Below are positions 18,063-28,562 of a stretch of DNA of 64,000 bases, one piece after another. The notes below the pieces were generated by a model. It searched no databases and had not been told where the DNA came from. It worked only from the letters and a program-made list of their open reading frames with translations. Position 1 is the stretch's first letter. Every line of letters starts with the position of its first letter. The stretch covers positions 269,559-333,558 of the forward strand of contig JAXLUA010000003.1 of assembly GCA_046329805.1 (NCBI GenBank). The letters are read 5' to 3'. The translations under genes and the position numbers were made by a program. The DNA is from Chitinophagales bacterium. Its GTDB lineage: Bacteria > Bacteroidota > Bacteroidia > Chitinophagales > JADIYW01.

Positions 18063-19904
18063 CTATTTTAGGTTAGACAAATAGGTTTTAGGCAATTGTG
18101 GTAATATATTATTTACTATAAAATCAGCGGTTATAGGCTTACCGTCATAGTTCAATATTTTTTTTAATTTTTTAGGGTTACTATCTAATTCATTCATTAA
18201 AAGTGTGCGCATTTGTGCATCTCTATTTTGTTCTATTACAAAAACAATGTCGTGTGTTTCTATAAACTGCTCTACTGCTTTATTAAATGGAAATGCTTTT
18301 AATCGCATAGCATCTACAGATATTCCCTGTTCTGCTAAAATATCCATAGCTTCTTCGGCAGCGGGGGTTGTAGTTCCGAAGAAAATCAACCCTATATTGT
18401 TTTTTATTTTGGAGGGGTAAAAATAGGGTGTCGGAACGGCTTCTTTTGCGGTTTCAAATTTTTTCAATAATCTATCGACAACTCGAACGTATGTTGGAGA
18501 ATCTTCCGAGTAAACTGCATATTCATCATGTGAAGAGCCTCTTGTAAAATAAGCCCCTTTGGTAGGGTGCGTGCCGGGTAAGGTGCGGAATGGGATGCCG
18601 TCATTATCTATATCTAAATAACGGCCGAAGCGTTGTAATTTTTCTAGCTGCTCGGCATTTAGCACCTTCCCTCTGTTATATTTTTTAGTATTATCCCATT
18701 TTAATGGGGGTGAAATATGGTCATTCATCCCCAAGTCTAAATCACTCATTACTAGTATTGGTGTTTGTAAATACTCTGCTAATTCAAATGCTTCTGCCGT
18801 CATTTCAAAACATTCTGCCGGAGTAGCCGGAATCAAAAATACATGCTTGGTATCGCCATGTGAAGCATACGCAGCCATCAACAAATCGGATTGCTGTGTA
18901 CGAGTCGGCATCCCCGTGGATGGACCGGAGCGTTGAACATCGACCAATACAACGGGAATTTCTGCATAATACGCTAAGCCTAAAAATTCATTCATCAACG
19001 ATAACCCCGGGCCACTGGTTGCGGTAAAAGAACGAGCGCCATTCCAATTAGCTCCTATTGCCATTCCTATTGCTGCTAATTCATCTTCTGCTTGCACTAT
19101 AGCAAAATTCTTTTTTCCCGTTTGGGCATCTACTCTATATTTTTCTGCATATTTTTCAAAAGATTCGACAAAGGAAGTAGATGGGGTAATAGGATACCAC
19201 GAAACGACAGTTGCTCCACCATACACTGCGCCTAACCCTCCGGCTTTATTACCATTCATCAAAATTTTATCTTTTATTAAGTCTCTGCGTTCTACTCTGA
19301 TATTTAAAGGATATTCAAAATTTTCTTTTACATAATTTATGCCTAATTGCAATGCATGTACATTGGGTGCTACTAATTTTTCTTTGCCTTTGAATTGTTC
19401 TTTCACTAAGGTTTCCAAAACTTCAAATTCTATATTTAATAAAGTGGATAAAGCACCAACGTAAATGATATTTTTAAACAATTGCCTTTGGCGAGGATCG
19501 GTATATTCATTATTGCATATCTCTGTTAATGGAATAGGAATATATTGGATATCTTCACGGATATACTCTTTGTGCAAGGGTTTCGTATTATCATACAAAA
19601 AATATCCTCCACTATTTACAGAAGCAATATCACTCAGCATGCTTTGTGGATTCATGCATACCAATAAGTCCACGCTGTCTTTTCTGCCCAGGTAGCCTTT
19701 TTCGCTTATGCGTACATCGTACCAAGTGGGTAGTCCTTGTATGTTAGAGGGAAAAATATTTTTGGGTGTTGCAGGCACTCCCATTCTAAAAACAGATTTA
19801 GCGAACATCAGGTTGGCGCTTGCAGAGCCTGTACCATTTACATTGGCAAAACGTACTGTAAAATCGTTTATTTTTATTGCTGTTGAATTTATATTTAATG
19901 ACAT
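18063..19904 (-). CDS. korA: 2-oxoacid:acceptor oxidoreductase, alpha subunit
   Basis: 613 aa; ANVNGTGSASANLMF, YPITPST, TSGPGLSLMNE. Confidence 0.9.
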   Translation of the reverse strand: MSLNINSTAIKINDFTVRFANVNGTGSASANLMFAKSVFRMGVPATPKNIFPSNIQGLPTWYDVRISEKGYLGRKDSVDLLVCMNPQSMLSDIASVNSGGYFLYDNTKPLHKEYIREDIQYIPIPLTEICNNEYTDPRQRQLFKNIIYVGALSTLLNIEFEVLETLVKEQFKGKEKLVAPNVHALQLGINYVKENFEYPLNIRVERRDLIKDKILMNGNKAGGLGAVYGGATVVSWYPITPSTSFVESFEKYAEKYRVDAQTGKKNFAIVQAEDELAAIGMAIGANWNGARSFTATSGPGLSLMNEFLGLAYYAEIPVVLVDVQRSGPSTGMPTRTQQSDLLMAAYASHGDTKHVFLIPATPAECFEMTAEAFELAEYLQTPILVMSDLDLGMNDHISPPLKWDNTKKYNRGKVLNAEQLEKLQRFGRYLDIDNDGIPFRTLPGTHPTKGAYFTRGSSHDEYAVYSEDSPTYVRVVDRLLKKFETAKEAVPTPYFYPSKIKNNIGLIFFGTTTPAAEEAMDILAEQGISVDAMRLKAFPFNKAVEQFIETHDIVFVIEQNRDAQMRTLLMNELDSNPKKLKKILNYDGKPITADFIVNNILPQLPKTYLSNLK

Positions 19905-21676
19905 GATCCTGCTTTACTGGTTACATATAAATATTTTTGCATATCCCATGCTGCGGTTGGGCATCGTTCGGCGCATAGCCCACAATGCAAGCATACGTCT
20001 TCATCTTTTACCATTATTTTTCCTGTGGCTAAATTTTCCGAAATCAGTAAGATTTGGTCTGTATTTAACGAAGGTGCTTTTAGCCTTTGGCGAAGGTCTT
20101 CTTCCGCTCCGTTCGTAGTAAAGGTAATACAGTTTGTTGGGCATACATCCATGCAGGCATCACATTCTATACACTTAGTAAAGTCGAATGCTGTTTGCAT
20201 ATCGCAATTTAAACAACGCTCTGCTTCTTTAAATCCGGTTGGGAGATTATATCCCAGCTCTACTTCTTGTTTAAAATTTTGTAAGGCTTTTGCCTTTGGC
20301 ACTTGCGGCACTGTAAATCTATCATCATTAGAGACAATACTATCATAAGCCCATTCATGTATTCCCATTTTTACACTATGTAAATTAGTAAATGGTGCCG
20401 GGCGTTCGTTTACGTTTTTTTGTTGGCAAAATAAGTCGATAGAAATTGCGGCTTCGTGGCCATGTGCTACCGAAGTAATTATGTTTTTGGGGCCGAATGC
20501 GGAATCACCGCCAAAGAAAACCTTTGGAATACCGGACTGAAAAGTGACGGCATCTACCACCGGAATTCCATTTTTATTAAACTCAATACCTAAGTCTCTT
20601 TCTATCCACGGAAAACTATTTTCTTGTCCTACGGCAATGAGTACATCATCGGCAGCTATGAAAACATCAGGTTCTCCTGTTGCTACTAAGTTTCTATTTC
20701 CATTTTCATCATATACGGCATGAACTTTTTCAAAATTCATCCCTATTAATTTTCCGTTTTGTAAAACAAAGTTCTTAGGGACGTGGTTGTCAATAATCGG
20801 AATATCTTCATGCACGGCATCTTCAATTTCCCAAGGGCTTGCTTTCATTTCGGAGCGCGGGCTTCGTACCACTACCTTCACGTCTTTTCCGCCTAAGCGG
20901 CGTGCAGTACGGCAGCAATCCATTGCAGTATTTCCTCCTCCTAATACAATTACTTTCTCTCCTATTTTGGTGGTGTGCTCAAATGTTACATTTGCCAACC
21001 AAACTATTCCGATGTGAATATTGGCATTTCCTTCCTCCCGTCCGGGTAATTTTAAATCTCTTCCCTTAGGTGCGCCGGTACCTATAAAAATAGCATCGTA
21101 ATTTTTTTGAAGTAATTCTTTTAAACTATTAATATATGTATTAAAATGTGTATGCACTCCCAAGTCTAATATTTGATTGACTTCTTCGTCCAAAACATCT
21201 TCAGGCAATCTAAAAATAGGGATTTCACTACGCATCATTCCTCCGCCTTTTTTTTGTTCGTCAAACAGGTGAATTTCATACCCGACAACTGCCAGATCTC
21301 GAGCTACCGTTAAAGAGGATGGACCGGCACCTATCAATGCAATTTTCTTTCCATTTTTTTGTGTCGGTGCTTTGGGTAATAAGTTGCGAATATCGCCTTT
21401 GTAATCGGCGGCAACACGCTTGAGACGGCAGATAGCAACGGGTTCTTCGTCTTTTAGTCGTCCGCGCCGACAAGCCGGTTCGCATGGACGGTCGCACGTG
21501 CGTCCCAAAATTCCGGGAAATACATTTGCATCCCAGTTCACCATGTAAGATTCAGCATATTTCTCTTGAGCAATAAGGCGAATATATTCCGGCACCGGAG
21601 TGTGTGCCGGACAAGCATACTGACAATCTACCACCTTGTGGTAATACTCCGGGTCTTTTACATTTGTAGGTTCCAA
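19895..21676 (-). CDS. GltD-like NAD(P)H flavin oxidoreductase fused to a C-terminal 2x[4Fe-4S] ferredoxin domain
   Basis: N-terminal Cys cluster (CQYACPAHTPVP...CDRPCEPAC), dinucleotide folds IALIGAGPSSL and VIVLGGGNTAMDC, and C-terminal CIECDACMDVCP plus CLHCGLCAERCP. Overlaps korA by 10 nt. Confidence 0.85.
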   Translation of the reverse strand: MEPTNVKDPEYYHKVVDCQYACPAHTPVPEYIRLIAQEKYAESYMVNWDANVFPGILGRTCDRPCEPACRRGRLKDEEPVAICRLKRVAADYKGDIRNLLPKAPTQKNGKKIALIGAGPSSLTVARDLAVVGYEIHLFDEQKKGGGMMRSEIPIFRLPEDVLDEEVNQILDLGVHTHFNTYINSLKELLQKNYDAIFIGTGAPKGRDLKLPGREEGNANIHIGIVWLANVTFEHTTKIGEKVIVLGGGNTAMDCCRTARRLGGKDVKVVVRSPRSEMKASPWEIEDAVHEDIPIIDNHVPKNFVLQNGKLIGMNFEKVHAVYDENGNRNLVATGEPDVFIAADDVLIAVGQENSFPWIERDLGIEFNKNGIPVVDAVTFQSGIPKVFFGGDSAFGPKNIITSVAHGHEAAISIDLFCQQKNVNERPAPFTNLHSVKMGIHEWAYDSIVSNDDRFTVPQVPKAKALQNFKQEVELGYNLPTGFKEAERCLNCDMQTAFDFTKCIECDACMDVCPTNCITFTTNGAEEDLRQRLKAPSLNTDQILLISENLATGKIMVKDEDVCLHCGLCAERCPTAAWDMQKYLYVTSKAGSCH

Positions 21677-21717
21677 CTGCTATTATTTTACGGATATCAA
21701 TGGTAATGTAAATTTAG

Positions 21718-21736
21718 TAACATTTAAGAAATGTTA
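21718..21736. promoter_or_regulatory. Inverted repeat TAACATTT-N3-AAATGTTA in the divergent kor/fur intergenic region
   Basis: Read directly; arms of 8 bp. Confidence 0.3.
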
Positions 21737-21784
21737 TAGAAATACAGCAGGAATTTTGATTTATTGTACGAAAGATAAAAAACA

Positions 21785-21802
21785 GATTGCTTATAAGCAA
21801 TC
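21785..21802. promoter_or_regulatory. Perfect 18-bp palindrome GATTGCTTATAAGCAATC, a candidate Fur-family operator
   Basis: Perfect dyad, AT-rich centre, located between divergent operons of which one encodes Fur. Confidence 0.35.
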
Positions 21803-21898
21803 GAAAGACAGTGAGTATTGTAAATTAATATATTATAAAAATGCAATAATAGTATCATTAAAGTATCTTAATTAATTCCTCTAAATCAACAATTTTAC

Positions 21899-21906
21899 TA
21901 AATTTG
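21899..21906 (+). promoter_or_regulatory. -7 box TAAATTTG, 5 nt before the fur ATG
   Basis: Exact TAnnTTTG. Confidence 0.4.
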
Positions 21907-21911
21907 CATAG

Positions 21912-22388
21912 ATGGCAATTGACAATAAACTATTTAACGAAGTAAAGCATATTTTTTCTACCTATTTAGAAAGAAACAAACAGCGCAAAACACCTGAGCG
22001 TTTCTCCATTTTAGAAGAGATATACAACCGCGAAGACCACTTCGATGCAGAAGAATTGTATTTACAAATGAAGAATAACAACTTCAATGTCAGCCGTGCT
22101 ACCGTATATAATACTTTAGATGTTTTGGTACAATGCGATTTGGTTACCAAGCACCAATTTGGACAAAACCACGCTATGTATGAAAAATCTTATGGCAACC
22201 GCAACCATGACCATCTTATTTGTGTGGACTGTGGTAAGGTATTTGAATTTTGCGACCCGCGATTGCATTTGGTAAAAAGCAGTGCCGGTGATTTATTTCA
22301 GCAAACTATAAAAAGCCATTCGCTTACTTTATATGGAAATTGTAACAAAGCAAATTGCGAAAACAAAAATCAAAAAACAACTAAATGA
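21912..22388 (+). CDS. fur: Fur-family metalloregulator
   Basis: Winged-helix region [18 protein letters not shown], plus [15 protein letters not shown] and a second Cys pair CNKANC. Confidence 0.88.
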   Translation: MAIDNKLFNEVKHIFSTYLERNKQRKTPERFSILEEIYNREDHFDAEELYLQMKNNNFNVSRATVYNTLDVLVQCDLVTKHQFGQNHAMYEKSYGNRNHDHLICVDCGKVFEFCDPRLHLVKSSAGDLFQQTIKSHSLTLYGNCNKANCENKNQKTTK

Positions 22389-23716
22389 ACATACGGCATT
22401 GGTTTTTTTCTTATTTACTTTTTTTATTATTTCCATTGATTTCAATCGCAGGGAGTCCCATTATTCCAACGCCGAATTCCATTGAAACTAAAGAAGGTTT
22501 CTTTTCTTATTCCAACGGATTTGATATAAAAATTACTCGTGGCGATAATGCTACCAAGCGCGTTCAGCAATTGCTTTCCGATTCTGTAATTGCAAAAAAA
22601 ATACCTATTGTACCTTTTGCAAAAACAGGAATCATCTTAAACTTATTGCCTGCATCAGGCGGAGATATTTATTCCGAAAATTATACGCTTTCCATTACTC
22701 CAACTACAATTACTATTACTTCTACCGGAAATGCAGGCTTATTTTATGGTGTACAAAGCCTATTACAGCTCTTTAGAGCAAGCAACACCCGGCAAATACC
22801 GTGTGCCGAAATCAAAGATACACCGGCTTATAATTTTCGAGGGTTTCAATTAGATGTCGTGCATCACTATTTTGATGTTGCAGTACTAAAAAAATATTTA
22901 GATATCATGGCGAAATTGAAGATGAATCAATTTCAATGGCAATTATCCAGCAACGAAAAAAGCAGTGTTCAATTTAAAAATACGATAGCAAAAGCAGATA
23001 CCGCAAACAGTTATACTCCGGAACAAGTGAAAGCCCTTGTAAAATATGCACAAGAACGGTTTATAAATATAATTCCTGAAATCTATTTTCCTTACGCAAC
23101 ATCAGACAGCGAGATTGTAAGAAACAAGCAATTAGCCGATGAAGTAATTGCTGTATTTCCGGGTACGTTTATACAAATTGGAAATGCTATTACCGATGAT
23201 TCTACGCTTGCCTATTTACAGCGGAAAAACAAAAAAATAATCGGTAAAGACAAAAACATTAATTCAAGTGCAATATTACTGAGCTATAAAAGTGAAAAAA
23301 GCGGCCTCCTTGCTGCCACTAAAAACACCGATGTAATCATGGCTACCCGACAATATTGTTCCCTCGATTATTATCAAGATTGGGTAGATGAGAAAATGGA
23401 ATTCAGCATGACTTTTTTACCCTTGAGTAAAGCCTATTCGTTTAGTCCTGCGGGCAAACTAAAAGATGCAAATACCATAAAGCACATTCTGGGTGGGCAG
23501 GCTTGCCTATTTACTACTTACATAAAAAATGAAGATGCGTTAGACTATCAATCCTTTCCGAGAATGCTTGCACTTGCCGAGTGTTTTTGGACAACCAAAA
23601 GCAACAAAAATTTTAAAGATTTTGAACGACGTGTAAAGATTTTGAAAGATTATTTTTACAAAGAAAAGGAAGTGTATATTGACTTAGTGCGCATCAGGCC
23701 TAAGAAGCAACAATAA
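22385..23716 (+). CDS. Secreted GH20 (beta-hexosaminidase)-like protein with degenerate catalytic motifs
   Basis: Signal peptide; [15 protein letters not shown]; [21 protein letters not shown]. The canonical HWHLTDD position reads FQWQLSSNE, and the HIGGDE position reads [12 protein letters not shown] overlap with fur. Confidence 0.7.
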   Translation: MNIRHWFFSYLLFLLFPLISIAGSPIIPTPNSIETKEGFFSYSNGFDIKITRGDNATKRVQQLLSDSVIAKKIPIVPFAKTGIILNLLPASGGDIYSENYTLSITPTTITITSTGNAGLFYGVQSLLQLFRASNTRQIPCAEIKDTPAYNFRGFQLDVVHHYFDVAVLKKYLDIMAKLKMNQFQWQLSSNEKSSVQFKNTIAKADTANSYTPEQVKALVKYAQERFINIIPEIYFPYATSDSEIVRNKQLADEVIAVFPGTFIQIGNAITDDSTLAYLQRKNKKIIGKDKNINSSAILLSYKSEKSGLLAATKNTDVIMATRQYCSLDYYQDWVDEKMEFSMTFLPLSKAYSFSPAGKLKDANTIKHILGGQACLFTTYIKNEDALDYQSFPRMLALAECFWTTKSNKNFKDFERRVKILKDYFYKEKEVYIDLVRIRPKKQQ

Positions 23717-23718
23717 GA

Positions 23719-24045
23719 TTAAAGGTTTACCATAATTACTCCTGCCACTATAACGAGCACCCCTGCCAAATGCAATGGACTTATCTGTTCATTAAAAAGA
23801 TAATAAGAAACCAAGGTAAGGCTAACTATTGTGAGGGAGAAGAATACAGCACCTGCAATGTTCAGCGAAACCCCTTTTAGAGCTTCTGTAAAACATATAG
23901 AATTTAAAAATCCAAAAATTAAAGACACGGAAAATATTGTCCATTTTTTCTTAGGATTTCCATCTGCCATGGCTGCATATTTAAAACCCGCGTTTGTAAA
24001 TACATTAAATAAAATGGCAAGCCATAACCAAGAGTTTGTAAGCAT
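23719..24045 (-). CDS. Small multidrug-resistance (SMR/DMT)-like 4-TM membrane protein
   Basis: 108 aa with four hydrophobic helices. Confidence 0.6.
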   Translation of the reverse strand: MLTNSWLWLAILFNVFTNAGFKYAAMADGNPKKKWTIFSVSLIFGFLNSICFTEALKGVSLNIAGAVFFSLTIVSLTLVSYYLFNEQISPLHLAGVLVIVAGVIMVNL

Positions 24046-24231
24046 AGATTTTTTGATAAATTTACAAATCCTTTGCTTATATTTTCAAAAATCTGGGTTT
24101 GTGCTGAAAAAACGGTACAAAACCGTATAAGTGGTTTATTTTTTAGGAAAAGGCAGTTTCACCGATTGGAATTTACGAATAAGCTAATAATTCTTTAATT
24201 AAAAAAACTGCGTATAAATTTTTACCTTTAG

Positions 24232-25545
<1,314 letters not shown>

Positions 25546-25571
25546 TACTCTTTGTACTATAAGTTTTTGGA

Positions 25572-26855
25572 ATGAGGACATTCTATCCGTATGCAGTGAA
25601 TGATATTGAAGCATTTAAGTTGCGACTATTATATCTTTCTGAACAAGTAACTCATTTCTGTCTCTTAGACTCTAATAATTACCCAAACTATCCACATGCT
25701 ACTGTAAATAGTATTGTAGCCATTGATGCCCTTGACGTTTTTTGTGCAAACACAAATTGTCTGAATGAATTTCAGGCTTTTCTGCAGCAACACAAAGATT
25801 GGATGTTTGGATACTTAACTTATGATTTAAAAAATGAACTAGAACGCCTGACAGTCGTACAAAAACCGGATGATTTATCGTTTCCGTTATTGCAATTTTT
25901 TATTCCAAAATATATCCTCAGATTTTACACTAACCATATAGAAATAGGAGTAACGCAATATGTGCATATAGCTGAATTGGAGCAACTTCTTGCACAAGCG
26001 AAGACACCTCAAAATAACAACACATCCTCTTTAGCTATACAACATAAACAAACCAAAGAAGCATATATTGCAACTATCGAAAAAATCAAGGCGCATATAC
26101 AAAACGGCGACCTCTATGAAATGAATTTCTGTCAGGAATATTTTGCCACCGATGCCGAGATAGAACCCATAAACACATTTCAGAAACTAAACGATGCCTC
26201 CAAAGCACCTTTTGCTTCTTTTTACAAAGGAACAGATCATTACTTGTTGTGCTCCAGTCCTGAACGATTTATAAAACGGCAAAACAATCAACTTATCTCG
26301 CAACCCATAAAGGGAACGAGAAAACGCCTTGCAGACACACAACTCGATTCTAATTTAAAAAATGAACTATTGAGCGATAACAAAGAGCGAAGTGAAAATG
26401 TGATGATAGTAGATTTAGTACGCAATGATTTATCGAAAGTAGCCGTTGCGGGTTCTGTGAAAGTAGAAGAACTATTTGGCATTTATACCTTTGAACAAGT
26501 ACATCAGATGATTTCTACAATATCATGCACTATTCCGGATGAGCGTACTTTTATAGAAATAATAAAAGCGACCTTCCCAATGGGAAGTATGACGGGAGCA
26601 CCCAAAATTGCGGCTATGCAATTTATTGAAACATTAGAGCCTTTTAAGCGGGGGTTATATTCAGGAGCTATCGGCTATCTTACACCGGAGGGGAATTTTG
26701 ATTTCAATGTTGTTATTCGAAGTATCTTATACCATAAAAAGAATAAGCACCTTGCTATTCATGCAGGAAGCGCCATCACTGCGGAATGCGATGCCGAAAG
26801 AGAATACGAAGAGTGTTTATTAAAAGCCAAAGCCATGCTGCAAGCAGTAAACTAA
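25572..26855 (+). CDS. pabB: Aminodeoxychorismate synthase component I (chorismate-binding enzyme family)
   Basis: SPERF, IKGTRKR, ENVMIVDLVRND, FPMGSMTGAPK, RGLYSGAIGY. Confidence 0.85.
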   Translation: MRTFYPYAVNDIEAFKLRLLYLSEQVTHFCLLDSNNYPNYPHATVNSIVAIDALDVFCANTNCLNEFQAFLQQHKDWMFGYLTYDLKNELERLTVVQKPDDLSFPLLQFFIPKYILRFYTNHIEIGVTQYVHIAELEQLLAQAKTPQNNNTSSLAIQHKQTKEAYIATIEKIKAHIQNGDLYEMNFCQEYFATDAEIEPINTFQKLNDASKAPFASFYKGTDHYLLCSSPERFIKRQNNQLISQPIKGTRKRLADTQLDSNLKNELLSDNKERSENVMIVDLVRNDLSKVAVAGSVKVEELFGIYTFEQVHQMISTISCTIPDERTFIEIIKATFPMGSMTGAPKIAAMQFIETLEPFKRGLYSGAIGYLTPEGNFDFNVVIRSILYHKKNKHLAIHAGSAITAECDAEREYEECLLKAKAMLQAVN

Positions 26856-26908
26856 AAAAGCCTGTCAGAAAAATCTAAACAGGCTTAAAATGCAAATTAA
26901 TTATTTGT

Positions 26909-27424
26909 TTAATGATGATGTCCGCCGGGGCCATGAACATGTCCATGTGCCAATTCATCGGCTGTAGCCGGGCGCACTTCCACTACTGTAACAGAGAAGT
27001 TTAATTCTTTACCTGCCATTGGATGGTTAAAATCCATTACAACTACTTCCGGGGTAACTTCACATACTATGCCTTGAAATTGATTTCCTTGATTATCCAT
27101 CATCGGCAAAATGTTTCCCACACGAACGGAATTTGTATCTACATTTCCTTCATTATCTTTAAAACTATCGATAGGAATACTTACAATTTCTTGTTCATTG
27201 CGTACGCCGTACCCATTTTCCGGCGAAATTTTAAAACTTACCGAATCGCCTACCGTTTTTCCAACCATATTAGACTCAAATTCCGGCAGTAACATTCCTA
27301 ATCCCTGTATATAAACCAGTGGGGAGTCCGGTTGAGATTTGTCGGCAGTCACTAACTCACCGTCATTATCCACTTTTAATTCGTAGTGCACACTCACTAC
27401 CATGTCTTTATTTACTAATAGCAT
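26909..27424 (-). CDS. slyD: FKBP-type peptidyl-prolyl isomerase SlyD with a His-rich tail
   Basis: VVSVHYELKVD..., IF-domain insert, DFNHPMAGKEL and C-terminal HGHVHGPGGHHH. Confidence 0.88.
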   Translation of the reverse strand: MLLVNKDMVVSVHYELKVDNDGELVTADKSQPDSPLVYIQGLGMLLPEFESNMVGKTVGDSVSFKISPENGYGVRNEQEIVSIPIDSFKDNEGNVDTNSVRVGNILPMMDNQGNQFQGIVCEVTPEVVVMDFNHPMAGKELNFSVTVVEVRPATADELAHGHVHGPGGHHH

Positions 27425-27650
27425 AAAAAAAATTTGAATAAAGATAAGATTTTAAACGCAAACAGAGATGAAGGAATAAATAAGAATAGCATAAAAATCC
27501 TTAAAAAGGAATTTTGGACGAAAGTATATTGATGAAAATCAATTTTTGTTAACCTGAAATTTGCAATTAAGCAGAGGAAACTTAAAATCATTTCGCCTTT
27601 AATTCAGAAATTCTTAATACGTCTATAATGCACGATTAACGACGTTAGCG

Positions 27651-27658
27651 TAATTTTG
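27651..27658 (+). promoter_or_regulatory. -7 box TAATTTTG
   Basis: Exact TAnnTTTG, 19 nt before the ATG at 27678. Confidence 0.45.
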
Positions 27659-27677
27659 TAGTATTAAAAAAGTAAAA

Positions 27678-28316
27678 ATGGATTCAACTAAAAAATTTCA
27701 ACAAGCATTTGATTCTTTATTAAATGATTTTAACACAAGAATTGATGAAGTTAAATCAAACATTCAAAATCTAACTGCTGACGTGAAAGTACAAGTAGAA
27801 GGGCAAAAGGAAAACCTACAAGAGTATGGTGAAAAAATAAAAGGCAGAATTACACAAATTGTTGACGTAGATAAAGTACGTGCAAATGTATTAGCGGAAG
27901 CAGAAAATGTAATTGACGATACTAAATTCAGAATTGAGAAATTGTTCCATTTTATCAATGAACAAGTAAATTTAGGTGGAAAGAAAGCGAAAAAAACGGC
28001 TTCTACATTTACTAAAAATGCAGAAAAATTTTCGGCTGAAATAGAAAAAGATGTAAAGAAAGCAGCTACCAAATTGGATAGCAATATTAAAAAGACGGAA
28101 GCGAAAATAGAAAAGAAAGTAGCAGCTGTAGCGAAAGAAGTAAAAGCAGCAGCAAAAAAAGCTACTCCGGCACCTGCTAAAAAAGCAGCAGCTCCAGCTA
28201 AAAAAGCAGCAGCACCTGCTAAAAAAGCTACAGCACCTGCTAAGAAAGCAGCAGCGCCTGCTAAAAAAGCAGCAGCACCTGCTAAAAAGGCTGCAGCAAA
28301 GAAACCCACTAAATAG
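27678..28316 (+). CDS. Coiled-coil protein with a histone-H1-like PAKKAAA repeat tail
   Basis: Helical N-terminal 150 aa, then a C-terminal run of (PAKKAAA) x6. Confidence 0.8.
   Translation: MDSTKKFQQAFDSLLNDFNTRIDEVKSNIQNLTADVKVQVEGQKENLQEYGEKIKGRITQIVDVDKVRANVLAEAENVIDDTKFRIEKLFHFINEQVNLGGKKAKKTASTFTKNAEKFSAEIEKDVKKAATKLDSNIKKTEAKIEKKVAAVAKEVKAAAKKATPAPAKKAAAPAKKAAAPAKKATAPAKKAAAPAKKAAAPAKKAAAKKPTK
28173..28298 (+). repeat. Six tandem 21-bp coding repeats (CCTGCTAAAAAAGCAGCAGCA)
   Basis: Read directly, in frame, encoding PAKKAAA. Confidence 0.9.
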
Positions 28317-28361
28317 TCATCTGTAAAATATATAAGGATTTTATTTGGTTAGTAAAATTCA

Positions 28362-28391
28362 AGAGGCGTGCAATTACACGCCTCTTTTTTA
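28362..28391 (+). terminator. Rho-independent terminator
   Basis: agaggcgtg caatta cacgcctct followed by tttttt. Confidence 0.8.
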
Positions 28392-28501
28392 TTCTTCTTA
28401 TTCCTGTCTCGCCACTTGCTTTAGCATTATTGCAATACAAATTTATGCTATACGGCTACTGCTCTGTTATACATTTACAAATTGGAAGGAAAAATCCCTA
28501 T

Positions 28502-28531
28502 AAAAAAATAGCTACACCATTGCAGTGTAGC
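28502..28531 (-). terminator. Rho-independent terminator after ftsZ
   Basis: Minus strand: gctacac tgcaatg gtgtagc followed by a T7 run. Confidence 0.65.
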
Positions 28532-28562
28532 CAAATTGGGGAACAACTATATTACTTGGTTA

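Noticed and set aside
27764-28309. 181-aa minus-strand ORF rich in Ala/Phe, opposite the H1-like gene
   Set aside because: It is the mirror reading of the GCAGCAGCA/AAAAAA coding repeats. The plus-strand gene has a promoter box, a terminator and a sensible protein, so this is a shadow ORF.
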